From: Chlorokybus atmophyticus
Taxonomy: Eukaryota; Plantae; Mesostigma and Chlorokybus algae
Length of the DNA: 64,000 nucleotides
NCBI GenBank assembly: GCA_009103225.1
Contig: RHPI01002204.1
Coordinates: forward strand, 62,001 to 126,000
Direction of reading: 5' to 3'
Both the position numbers and the translations under genes were made by a program. The notes beneath the pieces are model-generated. The model searched no databases. It was not told the origin of the DNA and saw only the letters and a program-made list of their open reading frames with translations. Below, one piece after another: positions 61,300-64,000 of the stretch; the stretch's first letter is position 1; each line of letters opens with the position of its first letter.

Positions 61300-63496
61300 A
61301 CAAACCTCAAACTGGGTCTAATTCCGGCAACTTAAGACTAAGCAGGTCATTTCTAAAACTCCCATGCAGGCAGTCATGAGATGCCAAGTCCAGAGCAGCA
61401 TGTCTTGAACTTAGGCAGAGGAAGGGCCTTGATGAAGACGTTCGTCATCATGTCTTTAGACTTGCAGTACTCAAATTGCGCTTCCTTGCAGCTCTCTCGC
61501 GCACAAATTGATGAATCACATCAATGTGCTTAGCCCGAACTGAAACAACCTGGTGCTCCGTCAGCTTTATGGCGCTCCGGTTGTCACCGTACAACCTCAC
61601 ACAGTTTGGCTCATAGCCAAGGTCAGCCATCAACACTCTCAGCCACATTGCTTCACAGCATGTGCTCCAGCAATGTACTCAGCCTTACCAGTCGAAACTG
61701 CCACAGCAGCCTAAAGTTTAGAACTCCAGCTCATCAAACTTCCGTTTAGCATGAAGGCAAACTCAGATGTAGACGCGGTTGTCCTTATCTCCAGCAAAGT
61801 CAGCATCAAAAAAGCCTTCAAGCTCAGTCTTTTTGCCAGCGGAAAAGACCCCAACTAATGTAGTCCCTCCCATGTATTTAGGACTCTAGCTGCAGCTTTC
61901 CAGTACTCCATGGCAGGATATAAACCTTGCTAGTACTCCCACTGTATAGGATATGTCGGGCCTCGATGCCACAGACAAGTACAGCAGACCTCCAACCAGG
62001 CGGTTGTAGGGGTACTTAAGTCTGTCCAAAGGCTCAGCTCCAAAAGCAGTACATCTGCAGTGCAGACCTACAGTAACGGGCACAATTCTAAGCTTAGCCT
62101 TTGCTTGCCCACTTCCCAACCAGCTCAGCAGCCATCAGCGGTTGACTGATTTGCACAGTCTTGCTGGCTCTGTCCCTCTCAATGACAATTCCCAAGAACA
62201 GCTTAGCTCTCCAGGATCTCTCACATTAAACTCAGCTCCAAGCTTGGTCTTGACCTCTTTCAGATCTTCAAGTTGTCTCCCAGCAATTAGAGTGTTATCT
62301 ATATAGACCAGTAGCGAGACTTCTTCAATTTTGTGCCTGAACAGTCTAGGATCTGCAATAGATGCCACAAACTCCAACTTGTCAAGTTTTTTGCACAACC
62401 GAATGTGTCAGACTCTAGGCGCCTGCTTCAGACCATACAGGGCCTTCTTCAGTCTGTAAGCAAATGCTGGACCTCCCTCTTAAAAACCCTTAAGTCGCTA
62501 ACAGGATATCTCATCTTCAAGCTCTCCATACAAGAAAGCAATCTTAATGTCCAAGTGGAGAAGTTTCAGATTATGTGCATCTACATTCAGCAAAGTTCGA
62601 AAAGTCACTATCTTCTCTGCAAGAGCGAAACTTTCGCTGTAGTCCACTCCCTCTTACTGTAAAAAGCCTTTCGCAATCAGCCGCGCGTTGTACCACTCAA
62701 TAATCTCAGAACTATCACGCTTGCGCTTGTAAACCCACTTGACATGATATGGTTTAACACTTGATGGTACCCTTTCCAGCTCCCAGGTGTTATTCTTATG
62801 CAGCGACGCAACTTCCAGGTTTATCGCTTGCTGCCACAGCTCCGCGTCGGGACCACGCATAGCTTCTAAAAGGTACTAGGCTCAGAATTTGCTGCAAGTG
62901 CATGGTATGAGGGTGGCAACCTATTAGATTTCTTCCTTTCCCTCCATGGATACCGGCGATCTTACAGACCTTGTTGCACACCTTTGGGCGAAGCAGATCT
63001 TTGCTTCCTATCACATCAACAGTGCTCCCTTTCAGAGAATCGATGCCGAGAGCCAGCAGAAAACCCAGACTCACAAGTCTTAGACTCAGGACCAGCGTTT
63101 TCCTGCTTGAACCTATCTGCAATGTGTTGGATTTGCTGCCGCTTTCACATTTAGACCAACCAGGCGCAGACTCAAACCCAGGAGGACCAGCAAGGTTTGG
63201 CAAAAAATCAGACCCTTCAGCCTGTTCTTCATTCCCTCCCTTAGTAAACACCACATCTGTTGACTACCACCTTGTTGTCCACCAGGATGCGCCAAGCCTT
63301 GGAGTTTGCCTTATAGCCAATGAAAACTCCCTTCTGACTTACAGCAGCCATCTTCTTTCTTTGTGCCTTCGGCACATGGACATAGGCAGTACTTTTAAAC
63401 ACCCTCAATGCCGAAACATCAGGCTGATCTCCATAATAACGCCACACTTGCCACAAAACACACTTTGTGCTTTTGTGGCCAAGTTGTTCGTTACAA
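61300..63496 (-). mobile_element. Degenerate Ty1/Copia pol remnant (integrase C-terminus, RT, RNase H)
   Basis: PDVSALRVF..AYVHVPKAQRKKM..KGVFIGY..SKAWRI; WQQAINLEVASLHKNNTWEL..KWVYKRK..ARLIAKGF; LVYIDN; YNRLVGGLLYLSVASRPDISYTVGVLAR; DNRSAIKL..RAKHIDV. Many stops and frameshifts. Confidence 0.93.
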
Positions 63497-63930
63497 TGTC
63501 TCATACTCAACAAGATGTACACATGCTAATAACACACCACCCTTGCTTGGATCGGAGACGACAAGAGCTCTCAACTTAATAATGATACAATAATAACGAG
63601 CATCACTATTAAGATACTTCATAAGTATCATTGCATACTTCTGAACTTGTCTCTTACGCAACGCGATGTACACTTATAATGACACCACATATGCTTGGGT
63701 GGGAGACAACATGTGCTCTCAAATTAATGGATTAGCCTTAATAGTTGATTATCATTTCATACTCCTCAACTTGTCACCTACTCAACAACATGTACACATG
63801 CCAATAACACACCACCCATGCTTAGGTGGGAGACAACAAGTGCTCTCAACTTGCCAACGATACAATATTAATGATTACGTATAATGTGTACCCGAACTTG
63901 TCTCCTACTTCACAAGATGTACACATGTCC
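63497..63930. repeat. Degenerate tandem repeat, about 3.3 units of 124-151 bp
   Basis: tgtc(t/a)c..tac..aca(a)..atgtacac..ataa..cacca...atgctt.g.tgggagacaaca.g.gctctcaa recurs at 63497, 63648, 63772 and 63899. Confidence 0.85.
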
Positions 63931-64000
63931 CCGAGCATGCTGAATATAACAGGACGGCGCGCCGATGGCTGACATTGCTTGCCATTGCACAACCGCCTTC

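Noticed and set aside
63497-63930. Repeat array as CRISPR-like
   Set aside because: The units are long, degenerate and similar along their whole length, with no unique spacers or cas genes; the context is eukaryotic.
1-64000. Abundant CATGCA (RY) motifs as targets of the B3 factor
   Set aside because: They are ubiquitous in introns and intergenic DNA and more simply explained by overall TG/CA enrichment.

Overview
Eukaryotic, intron-rich nuclear DNA with short GT-AG introns. The plant-type gene set (TRO/ASH2L, LAV-class B3, pTAC10-like, ATG18f/g/h-like) suggests an early-diverging streptophyte green alga; this is inference, not identification. 1-46 kb is gene-dense: ASH2L/TRO, SEC24C-type, pTAC10-like S1 protein, ATG18/BCAS3, a multidomain B3 transcription factor, ARL1, cornichon, a bacterial-type SohB peptidase, PEBP, tRNA-Glu(TTC), a PIG3-type quinone oxidoreductase and DUF1295. 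46.4-64 kb is a transposon island: a PHD-bearing Gypsy remnant and its LTRs, an intron-containing Crypton (tyrosine recombinase + GCR1_C), a DD35D pogo, a 531-bp TRIM with 79-bp LTRs plus a related partial copy, an E2 pseudo-exon and a Copia remnant. Most interesting: (1) a BRK + AT-hook + ZF-HD-type homeodomain + LAV-B3 protein; (2) a TRIM whose 5' LTR/internal junction forms tRNA-spaced Pol III A/B boxes; (3) a Crypton recombinase preceded in frame by a presequence-like exon; (4) an intron-containing SohB, a candidate HGT; (5) a short pTAC10-like protein. All exon models were built by eye, and family assignments come from remembered motifs, not database searches.
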